Source: an uncultured Bacteroidaceae bacterium (GTDB lineage: Bacteria; Bacteroidota; Bacteroidia; Bacteroidales; Bacteroidaceae). Taken from it: a stretch of 64,000 nucleotides of DNA. The position numbers and the translations under genes were made by a program. The notes beneath the pieces were generated by a model that made no database searches, was not told the origin of the DNA, and was given only the letters and a program-made list of their open reading frames with translations. This document shows positions 36,266 through 44,031 of this stretch, one piece after another. Position 1 is the first letter of the stretch; every line of letters starts with the position of its first letter. Location of the stretch: contig CAJOLZ010000010.1 in assembly GCA_905235575.1 (NCBI GenBank), positions 13,186-77,185 of the forward strand, written 5' to 3'.

Positions 36266-36856
36266 ATGAAAAGAGAATTACTCATTGCAAGCATCTGCAT
36301 GCTCGGCTTAAGCGCCTGGGCACAGACAAAGACTTACACCGACGACCTCATCGTCAGCGTTAACGGACAAAGCATCTCTCCCCAGTCGACAACGGTTCTG
36401 GTAGAATACAACGAGGATGGTACCATCAACTTTAACCTGAAGAACTTCATGCTTGTGGAAGAAGGGAACGAAATACCCGTTGGTAACATTTTCGTGGAGA
36501 AACTGAAACTGACCCCGGAAGACAATACGCAGTCATTCGTCTACGACGATGACCTGCAGATTACCCCTGGAGACATGGAAGGCATGAGCGAAGGTGAATG
36601 GTATGGTCCAGTGATTGGCCCCATACCCCTCAACCTGAGCGGAAAGATGAACGACGACAAACTCTACGTGGTTATTGACATCGATCTGGATGGTCTACAA
36701 GTCCATGTGACATTCGGATCCGACGATTTCCCAACTGGCATAAAGAAAGTGGAGAACTCGCGCCAGAACGAAGCAATATATGACCTCAGCGGCCGTCGCG
36801 TATCGAACCCCACCAAGGGAATCTACATCGTGAACGGAAAGAAAGTGCTGCGCTAA
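36266..36856 (+). CDS. secreted calycin/lipocalin-like protein with a T9SS C-terminal sorting domain
   Basis: 196-aa ORF with a signal peptide (ICMLGLSAWAQ). The C-terminus AIYDLSGRRVSNPTKGIYIVNGKKVLR is typical of type A T9SS CTDs. Confidence 0.7.
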   Translation: MKRELLIASICMLGLSAWAQTKTYTDDLIVSVNGQSISPQSTTVLVEYNEDGTINFNLKNFMLVEEGNEIPVGNIFVEKLKLTPEDNTQSFVYDDDLQITPGDMEGMSEGEWYGPVIGPIPLNLSGKMNDDKLYVVIDIDLDGLQVHVTFGSDDFPTGIKKVENSRQNEAIYDLSGRRVSNPTKGIYIVNGKKVLR

Positions 36857-36954
36857 AACAAACTTCAAAAGTATTAATCCGAATAAACATTAACAATTAT
36901 GAAAAAACACATTCTCCCGCAGAAGAGGTTCTTCCTCTTAACAATGGTTGCATT

Positions 36955-38364
36955 GTGCATCACAGGACAAGTCTTTGCCCAAGAACAAGTATACCAACTA
37001 ATAGCGGCTTTGAAAATTGGGAAGGAGTTCAGTACAATTCTAGAAAAGGAGAAGAACCCATTAACTGGAGTTCTTTCATGACAATGACGGGCAGTTTTAT
37101 AACTGTTCCATTCGCCGCATACGAACAAGTAACAAAGAATACAGACAGTCATTCCGGAAATTACAGTGCATATATTTTTGCACGCGATGTATCGGGTATT
37201 GCGATCGCTCAAGGGAACCTCACAACAGGTTGCATCAACGGTGGCTCAACGACTGCATCAGACGGAGCCAATAACTACAACTACACAAACGAAAATGTAA
37301 AAGGACAGGCTATGTACTTCACCGGACGCCCCGACGCAATGCGCGTTTGGCTGAAGGGTAAGACAAAAGAGACCGTGAAAATCTCTGCCTACCTGCACGA
37401 GAAAGGGTATTATCAAGACCCGAATACGGCGAACACCGGCAAATTGGTGGGACTGATTGCCAGTGCAGCAGGGACGCCCAACATTACAGCAGATTGGGCT
37501 CCCTACACCGTCAATTTCACCTACGCAAGCGAAGACCGTCCCTATTATGCACTGGTAAGTTTTGCCACTTGCAGCACCCCTGGCGGAGGAGATACAAGTG
37601 ACTACATGTATATCGATGACGTGGAAATGATTTACAACTCCGAGCTGGCCAAGGCTACCTACAACGGGGAGGAAATCGTATTTGAAGATGGAAAAGGCAC
37701 TGTGGATGCCCTTTATGACGAGGAGAAGCTCGCGCTGACAAGCAACGGTGTTGCTGCAAACATCGAGACAAGCTTCGACGAGGCAGAGGCTGTGCTCACC
37801 GTGACGGTGAAGGGTGACAACATATCCGAGGCCCCCACCAACCAGCACATCTACACCATCCAGTTCAAGAAAATCTACAACTCCGAACTGGCTACAGCCA
37901 CCTACAACGGGGAGGAAATCGTATTTGAAGATGGAAAAGGCACTGTGGATACCCTTTATGATGAGGAAAAGCTCGTGCTGACAAGTAATGATGCCGCTGC
38001 AACCATCGAGACAAGCTTCGACGAAGTGGAGGCTGTGCTCACCATAACGGTAAAGGGTCAAGATATATCCGAGGACCCCACCAACCAGCACATCTACACC
38101 ATCCAGTTCAAGAAGTATCTTAAGGGCGACGCAAACGGCGACGGCAAGGTGACCATCACCGACGCTGTGGCAGTGGTGAACTATATCCTGAACACAACGC
38201 AAACCAAGTTCATCAAATCGGCTGCCGACATTGACTCTAACGGAGAAATCACCATCACCGACGCTGTGGGTATCGTGAATATCATCCTCAACAGCAGCAG
38301 CGAACCTGCCGCTGTAAAGGAGCGCCGCGCTACGGAAACCAGCACCGAGAAGGACCCCGAATAA
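36955..38364 (+). CDS. PCMD domain / 2x cadherin-like repeat / dockerin-type protein. The signal peptide lies in a different frame (36899..~36990), so this is a possible frameshift or pseudogene.
   Basis: The body contains FENWEG...PCMD-like region...YMYIDDVEM, two 81-aa repeats ending YTIQFKK, and two dockerin Ca-binding repeats (GDANGDGKVTITDAVAVVNYIL; DIDSNGEITITDAVGIVNIIL). The only signal peptide (MKKHILPQKRFFLLTMVALCITGQVFAQEQ) belongs to ORF 36899..37081, in another frame. Confidence 0.75.
   Translation: MHHRTSLCPRTSIPTNSGFENWEGVQYNSRKGEEPINWSSFMTMTGSFITVPFAAYEQVTKNTDSHSGNYSAYIFARDVSGIAIAQGNLTTGCINGGSTTASDGANNYNYTNENVKGQAMYFTGRPDAMRVWLKGKTKETVKISAYLHEKGYYQDPNTANTGKLVGLIASAAGTPNITADWAPYTVNFTYASEDRPYYALVSFATCSTPGGGDTSDYMYIDDVEMIYNSELAKATYNGEEIVFEDGKGTVDALYDEEKLALTSNGVAANIETSFDEAEAVLTVTVKGDNISEAPTNQHIYTIQFKKIYNSELATATYNGEEIVFEDGKGTVDTLYDEEKLVLTSNDAAATIETSFDEVEAVLTITVKGQDISEDPTNQHIYTIQFKKYLKGDANGDGKVTITDAVAVVNYILNTTQTKFIKSAADIDSNGEITITDAVGIVNIILNSSSEPAAVKERRATETSTEKDPE
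37630..38115 (+). repeat. tandem 243-bp (81-aa) duplication within the dockerin protein gene
   Basis: Copy 1 is 37630-37872 and copy 2 is 37873-38115. IYNSELAKATYNGEEIVFEDGKGTVDALYDEEKLALTSN...HIYTIQFKK aligns with IYNSELATATYNGEEIVFEDGKGTVDTLYDEEKLVLTSN...HIYTIQFKK, near-identical at the DNA level. Confidence 0.9.
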
Positions 38365-38537
38365 GTCCTGATTGCGCCATAATCCGGAATCGGTCTTTAG
38401 CATTTATGTCAGAGTGATATTTGTTTTCGAGCAGATTGTAAGTAGCGTCTTCGAAACGATTGTTGCAATGGCATAAAAAGACTTCGAGAAAAGAGAATAG
38501 CCACTTTTGTCGGTCAAACGACTGATTTTGAATAACT

Positions 38538-38630
38538 GAAAACGCACCATGTTGCGACGCGTGTCGCAGCGTGGTGCGTTGGCTTTCGCAGCACAGTGCG
38601 TCGTGCAACGCAGCGCAGTGTGACAACGCA
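38538..38630 (-). repeat. 22-bp-periodic palindromic repeat element (locus F)
   Basis: GAAAACGCACCATGTTGCGACGCGTGTCGCAGCGTGGTGCGTTGGCTTTCGCAGCACAGTGCGTCGTGCAACGCAGCGCAGTGTGACAACGCA. It includes a 17-bp hairpin, 38542-38558 / 38563-38579. Confidence 0.85.
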
Positions 38631-38723
38631 AGGGAGGTCTTTTCCCCATGACAAATTCAGTTTAGTGGCAAAACAAGTCAGAAAAAAGGAACTCGAAAAT
38701 TTGTCTTTTTGGATGCATACCAC

Positions 38724-38731
38724 TATCTTTG
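38724..38731 (+). promoter_or_regulatory. candidate -7 promoter box (TATCTTTG) for the membrane AraC-type regulator
   Basis: Matches TAnnTTTG and lies 19 nt upstream of the ATG at 38751. It sits inside the longer track ORF, which supports the trimmed start. Confidence 0.5.
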
Positions 38732-38750
38732 TAGGCGTAACGAAGAAAAG

Positions 38751-39863
38751 ATGCAGTCCAACGTCGTTCTACTGATATTTGCCTGTTGTGCCACCGCCCA
38801 ATTCATAGCCGCCAGTGTGATGGCGGTCTATTCGCGCCACCGTGTGCAATATCTGGCGTTGCCATGGGTGAACGGCATCTTCGCTTTCATCCTGCTGGGA
38901 GAGGCCATTTTCTACCAGTCCATCGCCACCTTTCCGCCGGGCATTCTGAACCCCGTCATCCTGCTGTCGTTCCTTGCCGGAATCTTTCTCCAGAGCATCT
39001 ATCCGCTGGGCATCCCGCTGCCGGGTTTCCTGCAATGGGGCCGCATGTGGCAATACGCCTCGCCCATACTGATATTGCTGGGCGTATATCTGCTGACGCT
39101 GCTTTGGAACGGCGGCATCGTGTTTCTGATGACGTGGGAAGAGCTCGTGGACCATCTGCTGAGTGTCGATATCGTGTGCCGTCTGCTGGCAGTGGTGCTG
39201 AGCATCTACTATATCGTGAACATCTTCCGTCTGCCCCGTGCAAAGGCGCGCAGCACCTACGTTCCCAAATATCTTCTGGCTTACAGCACGGCACTGGGCC
39301 TCTCGGTGGTGTTCTATCTCTACGTGGTGCTGTTCTACGACATACGTCTGCTGATGGTCTATCACGTCATCTTCACGCTGCTGAACCTCTATCTGGTATT
39401 CCGCACACTGGAGACCATCGCGCTGGAACTGCCCCATCCCTCCATCGAAATCGTAGAGGAAGAACCGACGGAGGTGCCTGAGCCTGAGAACGAAGAGGGC
39501 GACTTCAACGAGGCCAACCTGCAGCGTTTCCACCGCATGGAATACTGGATGCAGAACAATCCGACGGAATGGATGGAGAGCTCGTTCGGGCGCGACCGCC
39601 TGTGCAAGGAGGTGGGCATCAACCGCCACCTGATGCTGCAGTGCGTACGCAGCCAGGGATACAACAACGTGCACGACTACATCAACCGCTACCGACTGGA
39701 GGCACTGAAACGACTCATACGTCAGGGCGAGGTGCGAAACGTGGCCGACTGCACCATCACCGGCCTGGGTACCACGAAAACGGTGCGCTCGTGCTTCTTC
39801 AAATTCGAGAGCATGACGCTCGACGACTATCTGCAAGAGCAGTCCCGACCGGCATCGAGCTGA
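38751..39863 (+). CDS. membrane-embedded AraC-family (HTH) transcriptional regulator
   Basis: About 230 aa of multi-pass TM segments are followed by an acidic linker and a C-terminal AraC-type HTH (FGRDRLCKEVGINRHLMLQCVRSQGYNNVHDYINRYRLEALKRLI). Confidence 0.75.
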   Translation: MQSNVVLLIFACCATAQFIAASVMAVYSRHRVQYLALPWVNGIFAFILLGEAIFYQSIATFPPGILNPVILLSFLAGIFLQSIYPLGIPLPGFLQWGRMWQYASPILILLGVYLLTLLWNGGIVFLMTWEELVDHLLSVDIVCRLLAVVLSIYYIVNIFRLPRAKARSTYVPKYLLAYSTALGLSVVFYLYVVLFYDIRLLMVYHVIFTLLNLYLVFRTLETIALELPHPSIEIVEEEPTEVPEPENEEGDFNEANLQRFHRMEYWMQNNPTEWMESSFGRDRLCKEVGINRHLMLQCVRSQGYNNVHDYINRYRLEALKRLIRQGEVRNVADCTITGLGTTKTVRSCFFKFESMTLDDYLQEQSRPASS

Positions 39864-39930
39864 GACACACCACGCTTTTACGTGTGACGCACCGTGGTGC
39901 GCTGCGTTGCCTGTCGAACCACGGTACGTT
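39864..39930 (+). repeat. 22-bp-periodic palindromic repeat element (locus G, 3 units)
   Basis: GACACACCACGCTTTTACGTGT|GACGCACCGTGGTGCGCTGCGT|TGCCTGTCGAACCACGGTACGT. The first unit resembles the first unit of locus A. It starts 1 nt after the stop at 39863. Confidence 0.8.
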
Positions 39931-40010
39931 AAACCGTCCCCCGTGAAGCATCTTTTCACGCGCGTGCGAACTTTTTCTAATAAATACTTGTGTGTTTGAC
40001 GCTTTTGTCG

Positions 40011-40018
40011 TAAATTTG
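40011..40018 (+). promoter_or_regulatory. candidate -7 promoter box (CGTAAATTTG) for the 40040-47965 operon
   Basis: TAAATTTG lies 21 nt upstream of the GTG at 40040. Confidence 0.5.
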
Positions 40019-40039
40019 CGGTTACTAAATTGAGAAATT

Positions 40040-40396
40040 GTGTGGTTATCTGAACGTAGACCGATACACCGAATTCTGCTCGGGCTTGCACTGCTGGCTG
40101 TTGTCGGCAGCGGAAGTGTCGTGCTGGCAGCGCTGTCGCCCGACACGCTGACCGTGAGAGAGGCGTTCCGCGACTTCGGTCCGCAACGGCGCATGAGCCT
40201 CTCGGCCTACCCTGTGGAGGTGAAGCAGATGGGCCGCGCACTCAGCATCAAGAGCAACAACAACCAGATACTGCCCATATACACCGAGAGCGGAGTCCTG
40301 TACATGGTGATGCGCCTCTCGAAGGGCACCAACTGGCTGAACGGCCTGCCACGCGGAAAATACTTCATCAACAACCACCCTATCTCCGTCAAATGA
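40040..40396 (+). CDS. hypothetical small secreted/anchored protein
   Basis: 118-aa ORF with a GTG start and an N-terminal hydrophobic segment (ILLGLALLAVVGSGSVVLAAL). The C-terminal ~70 aa (LSIKSNNNQILPIYTESGVLYMVMRLSKGTNWLNGLPRGKYFINNHPISV) loosely resembles a T9SS CTD. Its stop overlaps the next ATG (ATGA). Confidence 0.5.
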   Translation: MWLSERRPIHRILLGLALLAVVGSGSVVLAALSPDTLTVREAFRDFGPQRRMSLSAYPVEVKQMGRALSIKSNNNQILPIYTESGVLYMVMRLSKGTNWLNGLPRGKYFINNHPISVK

Positions 40397-41229
40397 GCAC
40401 CGAGCAAGAAAACGTGAAGACCGAGGGCATACGCGAAATCGACATCGAAGCTATCGTGCGGGAGCGAATGGGAAAGAAGGCCCGCTACATCCCTCGCTTC
40501 ATACTCAACTGGCTGAAAGGCCTCATACACCAAGATTTCATCAACACATATCTGCGCGAAGGACGCACGGGTGTGGACTTCTGCAAGGGTACCGTGGAGT
40601 ACCTGAAAGCCGACATCACCGTGGAGGGCCGCGAGAACCTGCCCGAGGACGACCGCTGGTACACCTTCGTGAGCAACCATCCGCTGGGCGCCATCGACGG
40701 TGTGACGCTCGGATGGATTATCGGTGAGCAATACAACGGAAAGATAAAATACCTGGTGAACGACCTGCTGATGAACCTCGAAGGTCTGGCTCCGCTGTGT
40801 GTGCCCATCAACAAGATAGGCCACCAGGCACGCAACCTGCCGGCCATGGTGGAGAGCGCATTCTCGGGCCAGAACCACGTGATCATGTTCCCCGCAGGAC
40901 TGTGCAGCCGACGCATGGACGACGGCACCATCCACGACCTGCCATGGAACAAGACATTCGTGGCAAAGAGCGTACAGCACCAGCGCGACGTGGTGCCCAT
41001 TCACTTCATAGGGCACAACAGCTCGCGCTTCTACAACGTAGCACACTGGTGCAAGCGGCTACACCTGCCCAACTTCGCCATGGCACTACTGCCCGACGAG
41101 ATGTATCGCAACGTGGGCGGACACTATACCGTACGCATCGGAAAACCTATCCCATATCAGACATTCGACAAAAGCCGCACACCCTCGGAATGGGGACAGT
41201 GGGTGGAAGAACAAGTATATAAACTGTAA
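40393..41229 (+). CDS. lysophospholipid/1-acyl-sn-glycerol-3-phosphate acyltransferase family protein (GlsA/OlsA-like O-acyltransferase)
   Basis: 278-aa ORF with the acyltransferase HX4D motif (VSNHPLGAIDG) and FPAG motif (MFPAGLCSR). It is immediately followed by an OlsB-like gene. Confidence 0.75.
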   Translation: MSTEQENVKTEGIREIDIEAIVRERMGKKARYIPRFILNWLKGLIHQDFINTYLREGRTGVDFCKGTVEYLKADITVEGRENLPEDDRWYTFVSNHPLGAIDGVTLGWIIGEQYNGKIKYLVNDLLMNLEGLAPLCVPINKIGHQARNLPAMVESAFSGQNHVIMFPAGLCSRRMDDGTIHDLPWNKTFVAKSVQHQRDVVPIHFIGHNSSRFYNVAHWCKRLHLPNFAMALLPDEMYRNVGGHYTVRIGKPIPYQTFDKSRTPSEWGQWVEEQVYKL

Positions 41230-41231
41230 GC

Positions 41232-42224
41232 ATGGAGAACATAATAGAACGAATACCGCGCGAGGTGCTGCTCGAGGAGCTCACACCTGACAAGCGGTTG
41301 AGGATGACAAACAAGAGCGGTAACGAAATATACGTTGTCACCTGGCACGACTCACCCAACGTGGTGCGCGAACTGGGCCGACTGCGCGAAATAGCATTCC
41401 GCGCCGCAGGAGGTGGCACCGGCAAAAGCCTCGACCTGGACGAATACGACACGATGGCCAATCCCTACAAGCAGCTCCTTGTGTGGGACCCCGAGGAACA
41501 GGAGATTCTGGGCGGCTACCGCTATCTGCTGGGCAGCGAGGTGGAGACCGATGCTGAAGGACAGCCTGTGCTGGCCACCAGCCACATGTTCCGTTTCTCG
41601 GAACGCTTCATGCGCGAATTCATGCCCTACACCATCGAGCTGGGCCGCAGCTTCGTGACACACGAATACCAGAGCAGCCGCATGGGAGCCAAAAGCCTCT
41701 TCGCACTGGACAACCTGTGGGACGGACTGGGTGCCCTCACCGTGGTGAAGCCCAACGTGCGCTACTTCTTCGGGAAATTCACCATGTACCCCAGCTACGA
41801 CCGCACGGCACGCGACATGATACTCTTCTTCCTCCACAAGCACTTCGAGGACAAAGAGCATCTCATCGAACCGATGAAGCCCCTGCAGATTGAAAGCGAC
41901 CCCACCGAACTGGAGAAACTCTTCTGCGAAGACGACTTCAAGCAAGACTACCGCATACTGAACCGCGAAGTGCGACGCCTGGGATACAACATCCCGCCAC
42001 TGGTGAACGCATACATGGGACTAAGCCCCACCATGAAACTCTTCGGCACCGCCATCAACTATGGCTTCGGCGACGTGGAAGAGACTGGCATCCTGATTGC
42101 CGTGGACGAGATACTGGAAGAGAAACGTATGCGCCACATCGACACCTTTGCAGCGGAAAACCCCGACCTGGTGCGCATCACCAGCGGTGCCAACCGACTG
42201 CTCTACAAACAGAAAAGCGAATGA
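41232..42224 (+). CDS. GNAT-type N-acyl amino acid synthase (OlsB/GlsB-like, 'hemolysin'-annotated family)
   Basis: 330-aa ORF with LGRLREIAFRAAGGGTGKSLDLDEYD...LLVWDPEEQEILGGYRYL, characteristic of OlsB-like lipid N-acyltransferases. Confidence 0.75.
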   Translation: MENIIERIPREVLLEELTPDKRLRMTNKSGNEIYVVTWHDSPNVVRELGRLREIAFRAAGGGTGKSLDLDEYDTMANPYKQLLVWDPEEQEILGGYRYLLGSEVETDAEGQPVLATSHMFRFSERFMREFMPYTIELGRSFVTHEYQSSRMGAKSLFALDNLWDGLGALTVVKPNVRYFFGKFTMYPSYDRTARDMILFFLHKHFEDKEHLIEPMKPLQIESDPTELEKLFCEDDFKQDYRILNREVRRLGYNIPPLVNAYMGLSPTMKLFGTAINYGFGDVEETGILIAVDEILEEKRMRHIDTFAAENPDLVRITSGANRLLYKQKSE

Positions 42225-43561
42225 TGGAGTGGGGACGGCTTATCACAAACAAGCGACTGGGGCAGGAGATGCGTCATGTGCTTCGTCACGACGACCGCTC
42301 CGAATTCAGACGCGACTGTGACCGTCTTATATTCTCGGCTCCCTTCCGCCGCCTGCAAAACAAGACGCAGGTGTTTCCCCTGCCGGGAAGCATCTTCGTA
42401 CACAACCGACTGACCCATAGTCTGGAAGTGAGCAGCGTAGGCATGTCGCTGGGCAACGACGTGGCCTGCCGCCTCATGGAGGTGCATCCCGAACTGCGAA
42501 ACACACTCTTCGAAGAAATAGGCACTATCGTCTCGGCCGCCTGTCTGGCACACGACCTGGGCAACCCACCATTCGGGCACAGCGGCGAAAAAGCCATGCA
42601 GACATTCTTCTACGAAGGCCCCGGAGAGGAAATACGCAACATGGTGAGCCACGCTTTCTGGTGCGACATCACACACTTCGAAGGCAATGCCAACGCCTTC
42701 CGTCTGCTCACACATCGCTTCAAGGGACGCCGCGACGGAGGTTTCGTGATGACATACAGCACCCTGGCCTCCATCGTCAAATATCCACGTCCGTCGTACC
42801 ACGCTGGCGAAGGTGAGAAGTTCGGCTTCTTCACGACAGAACACGACAACTACGTGCGCATCGCCAACGAACTGGGCATTCCCATGCTGGACGACGGAAG
42901 CGGTCAGGAACGCTGGGCACGACACCCACTGGTTTATCTGGTTGAGGCAGCAGATGACATCTGCTACGAGATAATGGACATAGAGGACGCCCACAAGCTG
43001 AAGATTCTCACCTACGAAGAGACAGAGCGCCTGCTGCTGGGATTCTTTGACGAAAAGAGGCAAGAGCAGATACGCAACCGCATCGTCGAAGAGGGTGTCA
43101 CAGACGAGAACGAACGGGTGGTATACCTGCGGGCTTGCGCCATCGGACTCTTGGTGAACGAATGCGTGGAAGCCTTCGTTGCACATGAGGAAGAAATACT
43201 GGACGGCACGTTCCAAGGCACGCTGGTGAAACGCATTTCGCCTCGCGTGGCCAAAGCCTACGAGGAATGCAACCGCGTATCGGTGGATAAAATATACAAC
43301 AGCAAACTGGTGCTGACAGTGGAACTGAGCGGATACAAGATTATGGAGACGCTCATGCAGACGATGGTGGAGGCAGCACTCTACCCCACACGTTTCCACT
43401 CGCAGCAACTCATCAACCTGGTGAGCAACCAGTACGACATACACAGCGACAATCTGGAGACACGCATCATGGCAGTGCTGGACTACATCAGTGGCATGAC
43501 CGATGTATTTGCCCTCGACCTATACAGAAAGATCAACGGCATGAGCCTGCCGAATGTATAA
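42221..43561 (+). CDS. dgt: dGTP triphosphohydrolase-like HD-domain protein
   Basis: 446-aa ORF with FRRDCDRLIFSAPFRRLQNKTQV, HNRLTHSLEV and HDLGNPPFGHSGE. Its start overlaps the preceding stop (ATGA). Confidence 0.85.
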   Translation: MMEWGRLITNKRLGQEMRHVLRHDDRSEFRRDCDRLIFSAPFRRLQNKTQVFPLPGSIFVHNRLTHSLEVSSVGMSLGNDVACRLMEVHPELRNTLFEEIGTIVSAACLAHDLGNPPFGHSGEKAMQTFFYEGPGEEIRNMVSHAFWCDITHFEGNANAFRLLTHRFKGRRDGGFVMTYSTLASIVKYPRPSYHAGEGEKFGFFTTEHDNYVRIANELGIPMLDDGSGQERWARHPLVYLVEAADDICYEIMDIEDAHKLKILTYEETERLLLGFFDEKRQEQIRNRIVEEGVTDENERVVYLRACAIGLLVNECVEAFVAHEEEILDGTFQGTLVKRISPRVAKAYEECNRVSVDKIYNSKLVLTVELSGYKIMETLMQTMVEAALYPTRFHSQQLINLVSNQYDIHSDNLETRIMAVLDYISGMTDVFALDLYRKINGMSLPNV

Positions 43562-43582
43562 CTACACGCAAGAGAGAGAAAA

Positions 43583-44017
43583 ATGAAAGTGAAGATAATC
43601 AACCGCAGCCACCACGCACTGCCCCAGTATGCCACAGCACAGTCGGCCGGTGTTGACCTGCGTGCCAACCTCAACGAACCCATCACATTGCAACCGCTGC
43701 AACGCTGTCTGGTGCCCACAGGTCTGTTCATTTCGCTTCCGCAGGGAGTGGAAGCACAAGTGCGTCCACGCAGTGGGCTGGCCATCAAGAAAGGCATCAC
43801 CGTGCTGAACACTCCGGGAACCATCGATGCAGACTATCGCGGCGAAATCTGCGTGATACTGGTGAACCTCTCGCAAGAAGCATTCGTCATCAACGACGGC
43901 GAGCGCATTGCACAAATGGTGATTGCCCGCCACGAGCAAGCCGAATGGGAGGAAGTGGACGTGCTGGACGAGACAGAGCGCGGTGCAGGTGGCTTCGGAC
44001 ATTCGGGGGTGAAATAA
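43583..44017 (+). CDS. dut: dUTP diphosphatase
   Basis: 144-aa ORF with dUTPase motifs [25 protein letters not shown] and [11 protein letters not shown]. Confidence 0.95.
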   Translation: MKVKIINRSHHALPQYATAQSAGVDLRANLNEPITLQPLQRCLVPTGLFISLPQGVEAQVRPRSGLAIKKGITVLNTPGTIDADYRGEICVILVNLSQEAFVINDGERIAQMVIARHEQAEWEEVDVLDETERGAGGFGHSGVK

Positions 44018-44031
44018 AACACAGACGGGGA

